Below are positions 23,655-36,050 of a stretch of DNA of 64,000 bases, piece by piece. Numbering within the stretch: position 1 is the stretch's first letter; every line of letters starts with the position of its first letter. The stretch spans positions 2,728,001-2,792,000 of the forward strand of contig NC_043011.1 of the NCBI RefSeq assembly GCF_006345805.1. Direction: 5' to 3'. The notes under the pieces were generated by a model. It did no database searches. It was not told the DNA's origin and worked only from the letters and a program-made list of their open reading frames with translations. Source of the stretch: Octopus sinensis (taxonomy: Eukaryota). Made by a program: the position numbers and the translations under genes.

Positions 23655-24470
23655 AACAAGATTTTCCTTAAAATCCTTACTGCACCAAGAAGTGCTATCT
23701 TCTGCATGACCAGTAACCTTGCAACAATTCTATTTTTATTTACACACTTCTTGAAACCGTCCAATATGCATCCCAATGCTCCAATCACTTAAATCACTAA
23801 AGCCTTCTTCATCCCCCTACATACTTCTCCATTTTTTCATACACTTTTTTTCCCTCCTCTATCTCTTAGAATAGAGGTATTGATAATTTGGGCCTCATTT
23901 TCTTTCTTTTTGACAACCACAATGTCTGGCCTTCTTGCCTCAATCATTCTATCACAGTGAATAGTGTAGTCCAACAAAAGCTTAAATTTGTCATTCTCTA
24001 ACACTTTTTCTAGTTTCTGCTCATACTGTTTAGCTACTCTGACAAACCCACAATTCTCAGATATCATCCACTGGCAACACAATTATGTTGTCTTTTACAC
24101 TCATGCTGTGCCAACTTAACACATTCACTTGTGTATCACTTATGTGGTTGCTAACCATTTCTCCTTTTGTTCTACATATCCTACGTAATGGTGGTTCTTT
24201 CATTTTGTCAATATGATGCTTAATACAATTAGTTTAGAGAGCCTGCCCTTGGGCACCACCCACTTGAGCTTCAGCACACCCTTTCAAATCACCATTTCTA
24301 AGCTCTTATCAACCAGCTCTTATCCCAATCAATCCCTGCTTTATCTGTAGTATACTGCTCTGGCATAAGCTTGTTCTTCCATTCCTTTTCAAGTTCATTT
24401 TTCAGTCTCTTCTTGCATTCATTCCATGTTTTTGCACCTCACCTGTAGATTTCAGTGTGTCAAGGTCTCT
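23655..24470 (-). mobile_element. R4/Dong-like non-LTR retrotransposon 3' relic (Zn knuckle + restriction-like endonuclease)
   Basis: Decayed peptides LRNGDLK..EA....AQGQAL.TN.IKHHIDK, RICRTKGE, VLENDKFKLLLDYTIHCDRMIEARRPDIVVV (PD motif) and MQKIALLGAVRILRKIL. Confidence 0.8.
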
Positions 24471-24568
24471 TACTTTTGACATGATGTTGCCTTTTACATT
24501 TTTAAGGTATCAAACTACAACTAGCCTCCTCCCACAAAATTTCAGGCCTTGTACCTATAGTAGAAAGG

Positions 24569-24790
<222 letters not shown>

Positions 24791-25329
24791 TTGCTGTTAT
24801 TCATACTTTCAGAAATATATGTGAGGTTAAAAAGTCTTGTTAAAATAATGGCCCAATAAATTCTTCCTTCCCAGTACATCAATCTTCTGGAATTTCCTGC
24901 TCATATCTTTCCTATAGGTGTTGATAAAGGCTTAAAATCATTATCACCATTACCATCTTCATCATCTTCAGATTATTGCTTTAAAGTCCATTTCTGTCAA
25001 TCATGAGCTGTCATCCTGGATTTCACTAGCATTGCTACTTTCATTCAAGTATGGCTGAGAATATTCAGATTCTTTTACTATTTTCATTTAGCAGACTGTG
25101 GCCATACTAGGGCATGCATGGCTTTATGTGTCTGTGTGATCATATAATTAGTTTCTGCACTGTTTCCATTTATGTAATTTCACCTGCATGATATTGATTA
25201 ACCCAAGACTATTGTAGAAGACAAAGAGAAAATGAAAGGCCCAATATGTCATATAGAATCACAGTTGTGAAGCAAACATCTTAATCAGACAGCCATGCAT
25301 GCATATGTATGTATGTATGTACAAATGAA

Positions 25330-25371
<42 letters not shown>

Positions 25372-25374
<3 letters not shown>

Positions 25375-25465
25375 GTCTGGTGCAGCCAGCTGGTTCACCA
25401 GTCCTCAGTCAAATCATCCAATCCATGCTAGCATGGAAAGTGGGCGTTAAACGATGATGATGATA
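25372..25465 (+). mobile_element. RTE-type SINE/LINE 3' tail
   Basis: GGTGCAGCC...TCCAATCCATGCTAGCATGGAAAGTGGGCGTTAAACGATGATGATG. Confidence 0.65.
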
Positions 25466-26225
25466 TATATATATATATATATATTAAGTGTATGATTAAT
25501 TTTATGGAATGTAGTTCTACAAATCCAATCATATTTGTCAAAAAGGGAGGAGATAAGATCTTAAAAATGTTGTAAGAAGTTTATTTATGCATACATTTGT
25601 TTCGTACAGTTATAAATTCATTTTTGAATTTGCAAATATCACAGTACTTGTCTGTGCAGAGAAAAAATAATAGGAACTTAAAAAAAGAGCAGGGTAGTTG
25701 AATCTATGAGTTTCATGCTTATCTGTTCCTATCTATGTGTGATCGTGATGGGGGCGTCATATCTAGTAATTGGCAGGAATCCCATCACTATCACACACAG
25801 ATAGGAACAGAAAAATATGACACTCATAAATCCAACTTCTCTGCTCTTTTTTTAAGTTCCTATTATTTTTTCTCTGCACTGACGAGTACTATGATATTTG
25901 TAAATTCAAAAATGAATCTATATCCATGTATGAAACAAATGTATGAATGAATAAACTTTTTAACATCTTATCTCCTCCATTTTTGACTAATTTAATTGGA
26001 TTTGTACAACTTCGTTCCTTAAATTAATCATATACTTAATATACTAATATCTTTGCCAATTTACACCAGTAAACTCTTAGCAAGTATAAAGAATCAACAT
26101 TAGAAATCTTTTTGGAAACCACTCCAATTAAAGGACAAATCCACATTCAACCTTTTACACACACATATGTGTGTATTTATATATGTGTATATATATATAT
26201 ATATGTATTTTTGTATAAGTATATA

Positions 26226-27207
26226 GAGGGGTTGGACAAAATAATGGTAACACCTTAAAATTTCAAACAAATTTATTTTAATATGGGGTAGGACCGCCTT
26301 TGGCAGCAATTACAGCTTGAATTCTATGAGGTATGGACTCGTACAAAGTTTGAATTTTTTCCAAACGAATTTTTGTCCATTCTTCAGCTAAAACAATCTC
26401 CAGTTCTTGTAGTGGTGGATGATATCGACTCCTTACTTGTTTTTCTAAAATGCACCATAAATGTTCAATAATGTTGAGACCTGGGGACTGTGGTGACCAG
26501 ATAAGATGTTCAACTCCACTATAATGTTCCTCGTGCCATTCAGTAACAACTTTAGTGGTGTGAATTGGTGCATTATCGTCCTGAAAGACTGCATTTTCCT
26601 CCAGAAACATTTCTATAACCATAGGATGAATTTGATCAGATAAAATGCTTAAATAGTCTTGACTATAAATTCTGCCATAAAGGGAAACCATTGGGCAGGT
26701 GGATTTCCAAAATATAGCACCTAGGATCATAACAGATCCTGGGCTCTTGAGGCGGTCATTAAGCTCTGTAGTGATATTTGGAGCTGTACTTTTGTGATAC
26801 TTTCTAACAATTCATGTATGAATCCGATGGTTCCTATCTGAAAGTTTTGGTTTTCTTCTAGAGTTTTGTTTTGACGAGGAGGTTTTTCCCTCTTTCTGAA
26901 AGGCTGTCATTACTTTCAAGACAGTACTTCTTTATACATCAAACATTTCGGCTGTTTTCGTTACGCTAGTGCCTGCCATATGAGCAACAACAATTTGATC
27001 TTTTTGAAAGTCCGATAGATCTGCCATTTTAATTAATCTTAATTACCTCTTTCAGATGATATCTGAAAAAAAAAACAACAATTTTAGCAAAACATATCAA
27101 GCAATACTAATGATAAATCAAAAACAAAAATAAACAAGGTTTTGACAGTTTTATAGATATTTCAAAATTATGGTGCTATGTGTTTCCATTATTTTGTCCA
27201 ACCCCTG
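26226..27207 (-). mobile_element. Tc1-family DNA transposon (DD36E spacing), internally deleted
   Basis: 28-bp TIRs (C/G)AGGGGTTGGACAAAATAATGG(A/T)AACAC with TA on both sides and a transposase remnant inside. Confidence 0.92.
26278..27027 (-). pseudogene. Tc1 transposase, with stops and internal deletion
   Basis: MADLSDFQKDQIV HTH N-terminus with two stops, fused near 26735 to VMILGAI...FQDDNAPIH...WSPQSPGLNIIEHLW...AVIAAKGGPTPY. The first catalytic D region is missing. Confidence 0.88.
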
Positions 27208-27304
27208 TATATATAATTGTTCTGATATCATAACTTATATATATATTATTCATACACACACATACATACATGAATGCATACATATACATCCATACACACA
27301 CACA

Positions 27305-27355
<51 letters not shown>

Positions 27356-27772
27356 CAGAACATTAATTCTAAAAACACAATAATGAAACCATATATTCAT
27401 GGAAGTGAGCAGTATTGTTATCCATTTCTTTCAATCTTGGTTCTGATATGCTGCAAAAACTTAGCTTATGAATCTAAGATCTTATAGCATAAAAATGGGA
27501 AACAACTTCATTGTCATTTCTGTATGGAATACTGGAGGCTCACTTGACATAATGTGTTTGTCTTCCATACCACACCTTGATATTTTTCCCACCAATATAA
27601 AAACAAAATATTCATGCAATATGCCAACTTATTAAAAGCATCTCTCTGAGATGCAACAAGAGCTTCCGAAGGAAAACAAAAATCACCATGCATAAAACAT
27701 TTATATCTTGATCATTTGATTCTCAAAAGTAACAGGGATTGTGTATTAACATGACTAGTCATATGTTACTAT

Positions 27773-27993
27773 CTCTCTTTTACTCTTTTACTTGTTTCAG
27801 TCATTTGACTGCGGCCATGCTGGAGCACCGCCTTTAATCGAGCAACTCGACCCCGGGACTTATTCTTTTTATAAGCCCAGTACTTCTTCTATCGGTCTCT
27901 TTTGCCGAACCGCTAAGTGACAGGGATGTAAACACACCAGCATCGGTTGTCAAGCAATGCTAGGGGGACAAACACAGACACACAAACAAACAC

Positions 27994-28024
<31 letters not shown>

Positions 28025-28195
28025 CATATATACGACAGGCTTCTTTCAGTTTCCGTCTACCAAATCCACTCACAAGGCATTGGTCGGCCTGGGGCTATAG
28101 CAGAAGACACTTGCCCAAGATGCCACGCAGTGGGACTGAACCCGGAACCATGTGGTTGGTTAGCAAGCTACTTACCACACAGCCTCTCCTGCGCC
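27773..28195 (-). mobile_element. tRNA-derived SINE family B (head GGCGCAGGAGTGGCTGTGTGG), full copy
   Basis: tRNA-like head with GGTTCAGTCCC B box, internal (TA)/(TG) tract, GGTGCTCCAGCATGGCCGCAGTC and an AAGAGTAAAAGAG tail. Confidence 0.9.
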
Positions 28196-28863
28196 TATAT
28201 ACACCTTTGAAATGGTAATTTTTTTAATACAATCTAGTATTTTTACAAGGGTTGATTTTTTTTATATTTTTGATAGCTATTTTATGCAGCTGTTGAATTT
28301 GGTAATTTATTTATATCTATAGAATACAAATAGCAAATAATGCCTATTCAGATATTTTCAAAATGGTTGTTGAATAATTCTTTGGTTTCTTTTCGTTAAT
28401 GCTAAATTGTTCCTTTCCTCTCTTCTGCTTATTGATGTTCAACAGATGTTCAGCCTCCTGAGAACAAACAACTAATGTCAAACATGGAATGATTTCGTTT
28501 TAGAAATATATACCTTGCCAAACAACAAGAATTATTCATAAACACTATTTGAATTTTGTTTAAGGCTTGGTTTCTATCTTCTGGTCATATATGTATATAA
28601 ACCATGCCGCACTGGGAGATGCACATTCAAAGAAGACGATGACGATGAAGATATATGTTTATATGTATGTAGATTTCTTTCAGATTTCTTTAGTGTTTTT
28701 CCTTTGCAGAATTCAAGTTGATCATTGATAAAGTGCCAAAACTCTTTTGTTTAACACTGCTCTTGGGATTTGGGGTTAGCTGAATTGGTAAATGTGTGCA
28801 TATTGTATGCACCTATATCTGCTTTCATATGTGTGTGTGTTTGTACATACGTATGTATATATA

Positions 28864-28894
<31 letters not shown>

Positions 28895-29730
28895 CATATA
28901 TACGACAGGCTTCTTTCAGTTTCCGTCTACCAAATCCACTCACAAGGCATTGGTCGGCCTGGGGCTATAGCAGAAGACACTTGCCCAAGATGCCACGCAG
29001 TGGGACTGAACCCGGAACCATGTGGTTGGTTAGCAAGCTACTTACCACACAGCCTCTCCTGCGCCTATATACACCTTTGAAATGGTAATTTTTTTAATAC
29101 AATCTAGTATTTTTACAAGGGTTGATTTTTTTTATATTTTTGATAGCTATTTTATGCAGCTGTTGAATTTGGTAATTTATTTATATCTATAGAATACAAA
29201 TAGCAAATAATGCCTATTCAGATATTTTCAAAATGGTTGTTGAATAATTCTTTGGTTTCTTTTCGTTAATGCTAAATTGTTCCTTTCCTCTCTTCTGCTT
29301 ATTGATGTTCAACAGATGTTCAGCCTCCTGAGAACAAACAACTAATGTCAAACATGGAATGATTTCGTTTTAGAAATATATACCTTGCCAAACAACAAGA
29401 ATTATTCATAAACACTATTTGAATTTTGTTTAAGGCTTGGTTTCTATCTTCTGGTCATATATGTATATAAACCATGCCGCACTGGGAGATGCACATTCAA
29501 AGAAGACGATGACGATGAAGATATATGTTTATATGTATGTAGATTTCTTTCAGATTTCTTTAGTGTTTTTCCTTTGCAGAATTCAAGTTGATCATTGATA
29601 AAGTGCCAAAACTCTTTTGTTTAACACTGCTCTTGGGATTTGGGGTTAGCTGAATTGGTAAATGTGTGCATATTGTATGCACCTATATCTGCTTTCATAT
29701 GTGTGTGTGTTTGTACATACGTATGTATGT
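28000..29730. repeat. Near-identical 870-bp tandem duplication
   Basis: 28021 matches 28891, 28201 matches 29071 and 28801 matches 29671 (constant offset 870). Breakpoints lie in (TA)n tracts. Confidence 0.92.
28901..29065 (-). mobile_element. SINE family B 5' half (duplicated copy)
   Basis: Matches 28031-28195 as part of the tandem duplication. Confidence 0.88.
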
Positions 29731-30245
29731 ATATATATATATATATAAGACTCTGTGCACTATCAGGTAAAACCAAGATTAGCAAAAGACTGAGTCAATA
29801 AATATATATAAGACACAACCACCACGCCGAACACATACTCCTTCACACACATTATACCCCCACACATACATAGCCCCTCCCCACACACATTATAAACTGC
29901 ACACTAGCATACTCCCCCTGACCCTATCCTTTACAGAAAATAGACAGACCAACGAACACAGCTATATATACCTACACACTCAGAAAATATTATTCATATG
30001 ACACCCCTACACATATCACACACTGCATTCCCAAAGGAGCACCACACTTAATAGTGCACACTTTCCTCACAAGCACTTCAAGATAACTCTTACTGGCCTC
30101 GCAACATACCCAACCAAGGAACATAACTCCTAACCTAATCCCCTGGCCGTTATTCATTTCACCACCTTTTTCACAGCAGCTGCTGACTAGTTGTGTTAAT
30201 CCACCTCTGACAATAGAGAGCAGTCGCTATATTCCCTTCCTTATT

Positions 30246-30335
30246 GGCTAACTCTGATGAGCACAAGGTTATAAAATCAGATTGTTACCTAACACTCCAC
30301 TGTAGTCCATGCGTGAAACAAATTGGAAAGATCAG
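30246..30335 (+). ncRNA. Type I hammerhead ribozyme relic (likely inactive)
   Basis: CTGATGA at 30254-30260, long stem II, GAAAC at 30315 and stem I partner AGATCAGC. The U of the NUH triplet is replaced by A. Confidence 0.5.
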
Positions 30336-30923
30336 CTGTGATGGTTATATAATACTATACATTTTGGATGACATATATACACAAGGCTACAGTGTACCAA
30401 GAAAAGGTAGCCTCAAACAGAAGTGGCACAAATATCAGTAACATCAATGCCAACACAAGAACACCCACTAAAATTTATGTTGGATCTTGTGAATCCAAAT
30501 TTAAAATTCGCCTGAACAACAACAGATCTTCTTTCAGAGTCCTGGAGGGATGCAATATAATGACACTCGCAGCATACTATGGTGCCTAAAGGGCGATCAT
30601 ACGCCCTTTAACATAGGTGGAAATTACTGGAAACTTGGGGACCGTCTCACAATGGAACAAGACTATGTAAATTGTGTATGGCAGAAAAATATATAATCCT
30701 TATGAACTCACATGAGTCAGGAGGCTACCTGAACTCCAGGATGGAAAGTGTGGGGAGTTGTCCACATTTTCGGAAATTTGACTTAAAAATTGAAAAATCT
30801 ATCTGTCAAGCGAAGGAAGACAACTCACCCAGCCATAATTTTTAAAGAGGAATATTTCTTGAACTATCACTAGCGTTCTTGTGTTTTAAAGAAATATTCC
30901 TTGCAGAGAAGTTATCATTTAGA

Positions 30924-30974
30924 GAAACTGAAGAGATGTCTAATTCACACCTGATATGAAACCAATGGTTTTTC
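30924..30974 (+). ncRNA. Hammerhead-like motif, degenerate
   Basis: GAAA-CTGAAGA-GATGTC...GATAT-GAAA-CC-AAT-GG-TT-TTTC. Stem I GAAA/TTTC; stem II appears to lack C11.1. Confidence 0.4.
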
Positions 30975-31076
30975 CTAAACTGTTACTTTACACATAGAAA
31001 AATAAACAACTGCTCTATATTTTATAGGTATGCTCTTCTTCTGATTTATGATCTTTATAATGAATATATATATATA

Positions 31077-31937
31077 TTGAGGATGCGATGTGTAAATTGT
31101 CACCATTTTATATTTTTAATTTCGTGCATGTGCAGTGTTGGTTTTGAATTTGTCATCTACACAATATGGTAGGGTCCGTTGGGCACCGTTTGTGAGAAAA
31201 ACAGCACCATGATGCAATTCACTCTGCCAGAAATTTGGAAACAACATACTCCACTGCTTGGAATTCATACAGAAAGCTCCAATACGAATATTTCAGAGTA
31301 TTTGGGTGTCAGTCTGAGAACAGTGTAATCTGAGGACATGTACTGAAAGTGATAAAAATCAAACATCCAGCCAACATCATGGTGTTTGGAGTGATTGCTA
31401 ATGATGGCAATGTTATGTCTCCATTCATCTTCCCACATGGCTTCAGGCTTGACACAGAGGCCTACATCAAGTGCCTGGAGGGGGCAGTGCTGCCATGGGT
31501 CAATAAGGTGGCTTTTGGAAGACCCTATGTCTGGCAACAGGACTCTGCACCATACCACACAAGCAAGAGAACTCAGTCATGGCTGTCAGACAATTTCTGT
31601 GATTACATCACGCCTAACATCTGGCCACCTAACTCCCCAGATAGCAACCCCATTGATTATTATGTGTGGGGCACAGCTGAGTGAGAAACCAATAAAACTC
31701 CTTGTAACACCAAAGATGAACTGAAGTCATGGAATATGGCAGAATTCACCAACTTAAACAAGGATACCATCTAAAAGAGTTGCAAGAGATTCTGAAGTCG
31801 TCTGGAGGCCGTGGTAGAAGCCAATGGCGATTTTATTGAATAAATTTATTCTTTAGTATTTCAGGATATTTTTATGTAATATCAGTGTTATTTTCAATTT
31901 TGCATAATATAGACGGCAGTTTATTCACCACACTCTG
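31077..31937 (+). mobile_element. maT (DD37D) mariner-like transposon, internally deleted
   Basis: KHPANIMVFGVI...YVWQQDSAPYHT...WPPNSPDSNPIDYYVWG with 37 residues between the second and third D. Weak TIRs with TA flanks. Confidence 0.85.
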
Positions 31938-34434
31938 TATGTGTATGTGTGTACATGCGTATGTATGTACATATATGTATGTATGTATGTATCACACCGG
32001 TCAGGGCATACACCAAATATCTCTGTGGATAGCATTATGTTATCATTAAAAATCCTCAAGGAATATCAATTTGTGTTTGAACAGCTTTGGATGGCAATAC
32101 TTAGAAAAGTTATTCACAGACTCACTAAACTGAATTATCATGGAATATTTATTCTCTGTTTATGATTATTCATAACTTATTGCTCATAACTTACCGTTCT
32201 TGGTTCAATGTAATGAGAGAGAGAGAAAAGATACATGTTGTTTATTGATCATCTCTTTTCGTTCTGTGAACTTAAATCTTTGTTATTTATAGTGACATGG
32301 CTGAACTTATCTAAGAATCAACAAAAATAGCAACACAAAATTGACAGAGATCAGCCTTGTGAATATTTTGTGAGACCATGTGTTAAATGTAAGAGATGAT
32401 ATAAAGACCTCAAAAACTCCCTGTCAATTATTAAGTGAAGTTGCATGGACAAGTAGTTAGAGTATTTGGCTCATGATCTTATGGTCATGAATTCGATTCT
32501 CGGTGGTGTGTTGTGCCCTTGAACAGGACACCTTATTTAATGTTGCTTCAGTCCACTCGCCTGGTAAAAATGAGTTGTACCCATATTTTACAGGGCCAGG
32601 CTTATCACATTATGTCATACTGAATCTCCTTGGAAAATACATTAAGAGTACATGTGTCTGTGGAGTACTCAGTCACTTGCACATTAACTTCACAAGCAGG
32701 CTGCTGTTCCATTGATCAGATCAACCGGAACCATTGTCGCCACAACTACTGGAGTGCCAGTTATCAATCATTAAGATTATTTGCTTTGCCATTTCTGATT
32801 GAGATTATTGAAAGTTATGTAAGGATTATTCCTTTAATTTCAATGTAACGAAAGCTAATTACTATATAAAGATTTACTTTCAATGGTAACAATCCACTAT
32901 TTTTCAATTAATTATTTATTGGATAACAGATACTCGAAATTCTAACCAGATGGTCAATTGTCTGTTTAACCTTGATTCATGGATACTAAACCATTGTACA
33001 AAGTAATTGTGACCCTACAAGCCATTCAACTGGTTTTCCTTACCTTTATCAATTTTATCAACATTGTTCAGTCACACATATATGTGCAAGTGTAGCTTTT
33101 TCGTTGCTCTGTTTCTCTCTGTGGATCATTAAGCTGTATTTTAATGCATATTGTCAGATTTCATATAGAAAATAGATTCTCAACCAAAACTGTCCAACGA
33201 ACAGGAATGTGAAACTCTGAGTAACAATTTTTGTGATGTCTTTTCAGCTTTATTAATAAAGCATATTACTCTACCTCAGGTATTCGAGTATTATTTTTTT
33301 CCACCTTGTTTCACATTTATGTGCTTACTTTGGTATAGACAAATAAATACATTCAGAGAGGAAGATGAAAATAAAGTTTAACTCAATAGTCTCTTCGAGC
33401 TTGCAATTTAGTATATTAGCAATGATTTTATTCATATTTATGATTCTGTTAGACATATTACATGTCTTCAAGACAAAATTGTACAAATGGTACAAAATTT
33501 ATTAGGCTTTTAACATATATTCAGAAAAGAATAAAAGTATATAAGCAAAGGCCATGATGTTTAGAAATGTAAATGGCACATTTGTATTGGATCTTGATTA
33601 ACAGGAAACAGTTGGATAAAAGGTACAGTAGGCTTTAATACATAGCTTATGAGTTTAACTATGGGTAGGGAGCAGGGATCAACAGTCAGATGTACAGGAA
33701 ATCTATACCTGAGCGTAACTGTGATTAAGTTAATACTGACAAAGTCTTAGGTTGATATAGAAGTTTTCCTCCACTAGCATAGAGCTACTCATGTATACCT
33801 CAAAACTGAAGAATGTTTTAACAAATCTTTTTAAAAATTGATGAGAATTAAGCCTACTTAATACACTTGTATTGAAAGTGAGAGAGAAACAGCTAACTTT
33901 TGCTGTTTAAAAATATGTCAATCTACAACTAACTTGGGAATATTGATTCACTGAAAATTATTGCAACCAAGCTATTCAGAAGCTGATTCAAGCTGAGCTT
34001 CATAGAAACGTACAAAAAAGCTTCATAGAAACGTACAAAAATAAGTAAATAAAAACCAACAAACATACACCCTTAAATAAAATTTTTTACCCATTTTTAA
34101 TTTTCTGGGAAAATTTGCTTTCTTCATGATGCTGTGCAAATTTATGTAATTATTCTAAATAAATTAGTTTTCTAATTAGTATTTTTTTCCATTGTCTACT
34201 GCAGCGCTTCTGGGTTTATACTTTTCTTAGTTTTATTATATTGGCAGCTAAACAATAAAATTTAGAGGAAATTGCATAGTGCAGGATCTTCTTGATAAGA
34301 TGTGTCCCTGTGCAAAATATCAGCTATTCTAATAGAAAACAGTTGAGTACAACTTGAAAAATGAACATATACATACATTCAGGTTTATATATTATAATGT
34401 ATAGACAGAACTGCAATGCATACACACGAGCACA

Positions 34435-34490
<56 letters not shown>
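34435..34490. repeat. (CA)n microsatellite
   Basis: Direct array. Confidence 0.95.
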
Positions 34491-34491
<1 letters not shown>

Positions 34492-34504
34492 TCACACATG
34501 CAAT

Positions 34505-34703
34505 ATTATAATTATTTCTACTCTAGGCACAAGGCCTTGAAAATTTTTGGTGGGAAGTGGGGGTCGTTGATTACATCGACCCCAGTGCATAACTGGTACT
34601 TATTTTATCGACTCTGATAGGATGAAAGGCAAAGTCGACCTCAGCGGAATTTGAAATTGGAATGTAGTGGCACACGAAATACTACTAAGCCCAGCTTGCT
34701 AAC
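34505..34703 (-). mobile_element. Family-A-core SINE with alternative (GGCCTTGTGCCTAGAGTAGAAA) tail
   Basis: TAGGCACAAGGCCTTGAAAATT...ATCGACCCCAGTGCATAACTGGTAC...GCAAAGTCGACCTCAGCGGAATTTGA on the plus strand. Confidence 0.75.
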
Positions 34704-35257
34704 AAACACATGATATTATAATATCAGTTTTTCTTTCTCCTTACAACAAATATTCTTTTCTCTCACCATATTTTCCTCCTCTGTCACCTCCACTTCATTA
34801 CTTCAATGCTTATCTCTCCTTTCCTCTTTGTCTGAACAGTTGACATTTTCATCTGCGTTATTGTCTGCATAAGATTGATGCTCACTTTCAACAGGCTGGC
34901 TTTAATCTTATCTTCTTCTCTCTCTTCTCTTTCTGTTCTTTTCATCTTATGCAGTGGCTGTTCTTTTACCTCTTATCCTATCTATTAACTGTACCTCCCT
35001 CTTAGGATCTCATTTAGCTTCCTCTCTCCCTTTAACCTTTTACATTTACTGGCACTACTAATTGCATTTGCTATGCCTCTCCTGAAGAGGGGAGTCATAC
35101 TGATAGTAGTATCTCCATGTGACTCATCACTGATTGCATACCCTTGACTCACAAATCATGATTATCATATAACTCTTGGCTTCCTGAAACAGATGTCAAG
35201 TTAGAAGATTTCATAAGTTCTTTAAATTTATTCTGTATTTATTGTGCTCCATGTCAA

Positions 35258-35288
<31 letters not shown>

Positions 35289-35329
35289 ATCTATAGGTTG
35301 GAAAAAATGAATAATCTCACTTATTTGGT

Positions 35330-36050
35330 TTCGAAAATGAAAATTGTTTATTTTATCAGTTGTCCAAAAATGTTTGTTTTCTTTATATTGAGAAAAATGT
35401 TGGTTTTTACACAATATTCAGTGCCTTCAATTGATCATGTTTATTTTCTGCAATTTATGTGCCCTAATTTACATGTCTCAGGTTATCGATGTTCATTCCT
35501 ACTTTCGAGATTATAAGTGCCTTATTATCATTTCACCATATAGATTGAATAAATTGATTCTTTATTTACTTGAAAACTCTGTCTTTATATGTGGCATACA
35601 AAACAAACTAGAGTTCACACTTTCCAGCAAGTATTCCATAGTCAGTTGTAAAAGCTGTACTGTATACAATTAAACATTTACACACTTCATTAATCTTACA
35701 TGTGCAGTCATGCCACAGAGCCCATAATTTTAAAGAATTATTTTCTTCATCTACCAAATCTTTGAAAATGAATAACAATCAATTTTGAAGCATTTTAAGT
35801 ATAATTTACCTGAGATTGAGATATTTCCTACTGTCATTTTTGTATGCCTTCTTAGAAATTGAAACGCAGTTAGATGTTCTCCAATCAGATGGATATTATT
35901 TGTGATCAGAAAGAACTGCTTAATTTGCATGAATTTTTAGACTTTGTCTGCAGGCATTAAACATTTCAGTGGAATCTCATCCTCTCCTGGTTGTAAATTT
36001 TTGTACTGTTTTTAGTGTTTCATAACTTCTATTTTCATTATTTTGTGGTT
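35330..36050 (-). mobile_element. Highly decayed CR1/L2-like RT fragment
   Basis: Minus-strand peptide YPSDWRTSNCVSISKKAYKNDSRKY resembles the P-x-D-W...PIxKKG-x-K-x-D-xx-NY motif of RT domain 1. Many stops. Confidence 0.4.

Larger units (their letters stand above)
29990..31020 (+). mobile_element. Penelope-like element relic (pLTR + GIY-YIG endonuclease end)
   Basis: Peptide VYQEKV...KIYVGSCESKFKIRLNNNRSSF...WKLLE...NGTRLCKLCMAEKYII...LNSRMESVGSCPHFRKF (~30392-30800). The upstream non-coding block is homologous to 47640-48010. Confidence 0.8.

Noticed and set aside
27947-28218. Recurrent ORFs MSSNARGTNT...RLLSVSVYQIHSQG (also 37379, 43828, 50236, 55336) suggesting a gene family
   Set aside because: Chance frames within SINE family B copies.
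28440-28780. Possible exons inside the tandem duplication (DVQPPENKQLMSNME*; EFKLIIDKVPKLFCLTLLLGFG)
   Set aside because: Short, with early stops or weak donors and no recognisable homology.
33997-34040. 23-bp direct repeat AAGCTTCATAGAAACGTACAAAA (and a 13-bp repeat near 13172)
   Set aside because: Simple slippage duplications with no further structure.
35075-35200. CTGAAGAG...GAAACAGATGTC hammerhead-like motif (similar faint ones at ~12275 and ~33190)
   Set aside because: Stems I and II do not pair convincingly; too decayed to call.
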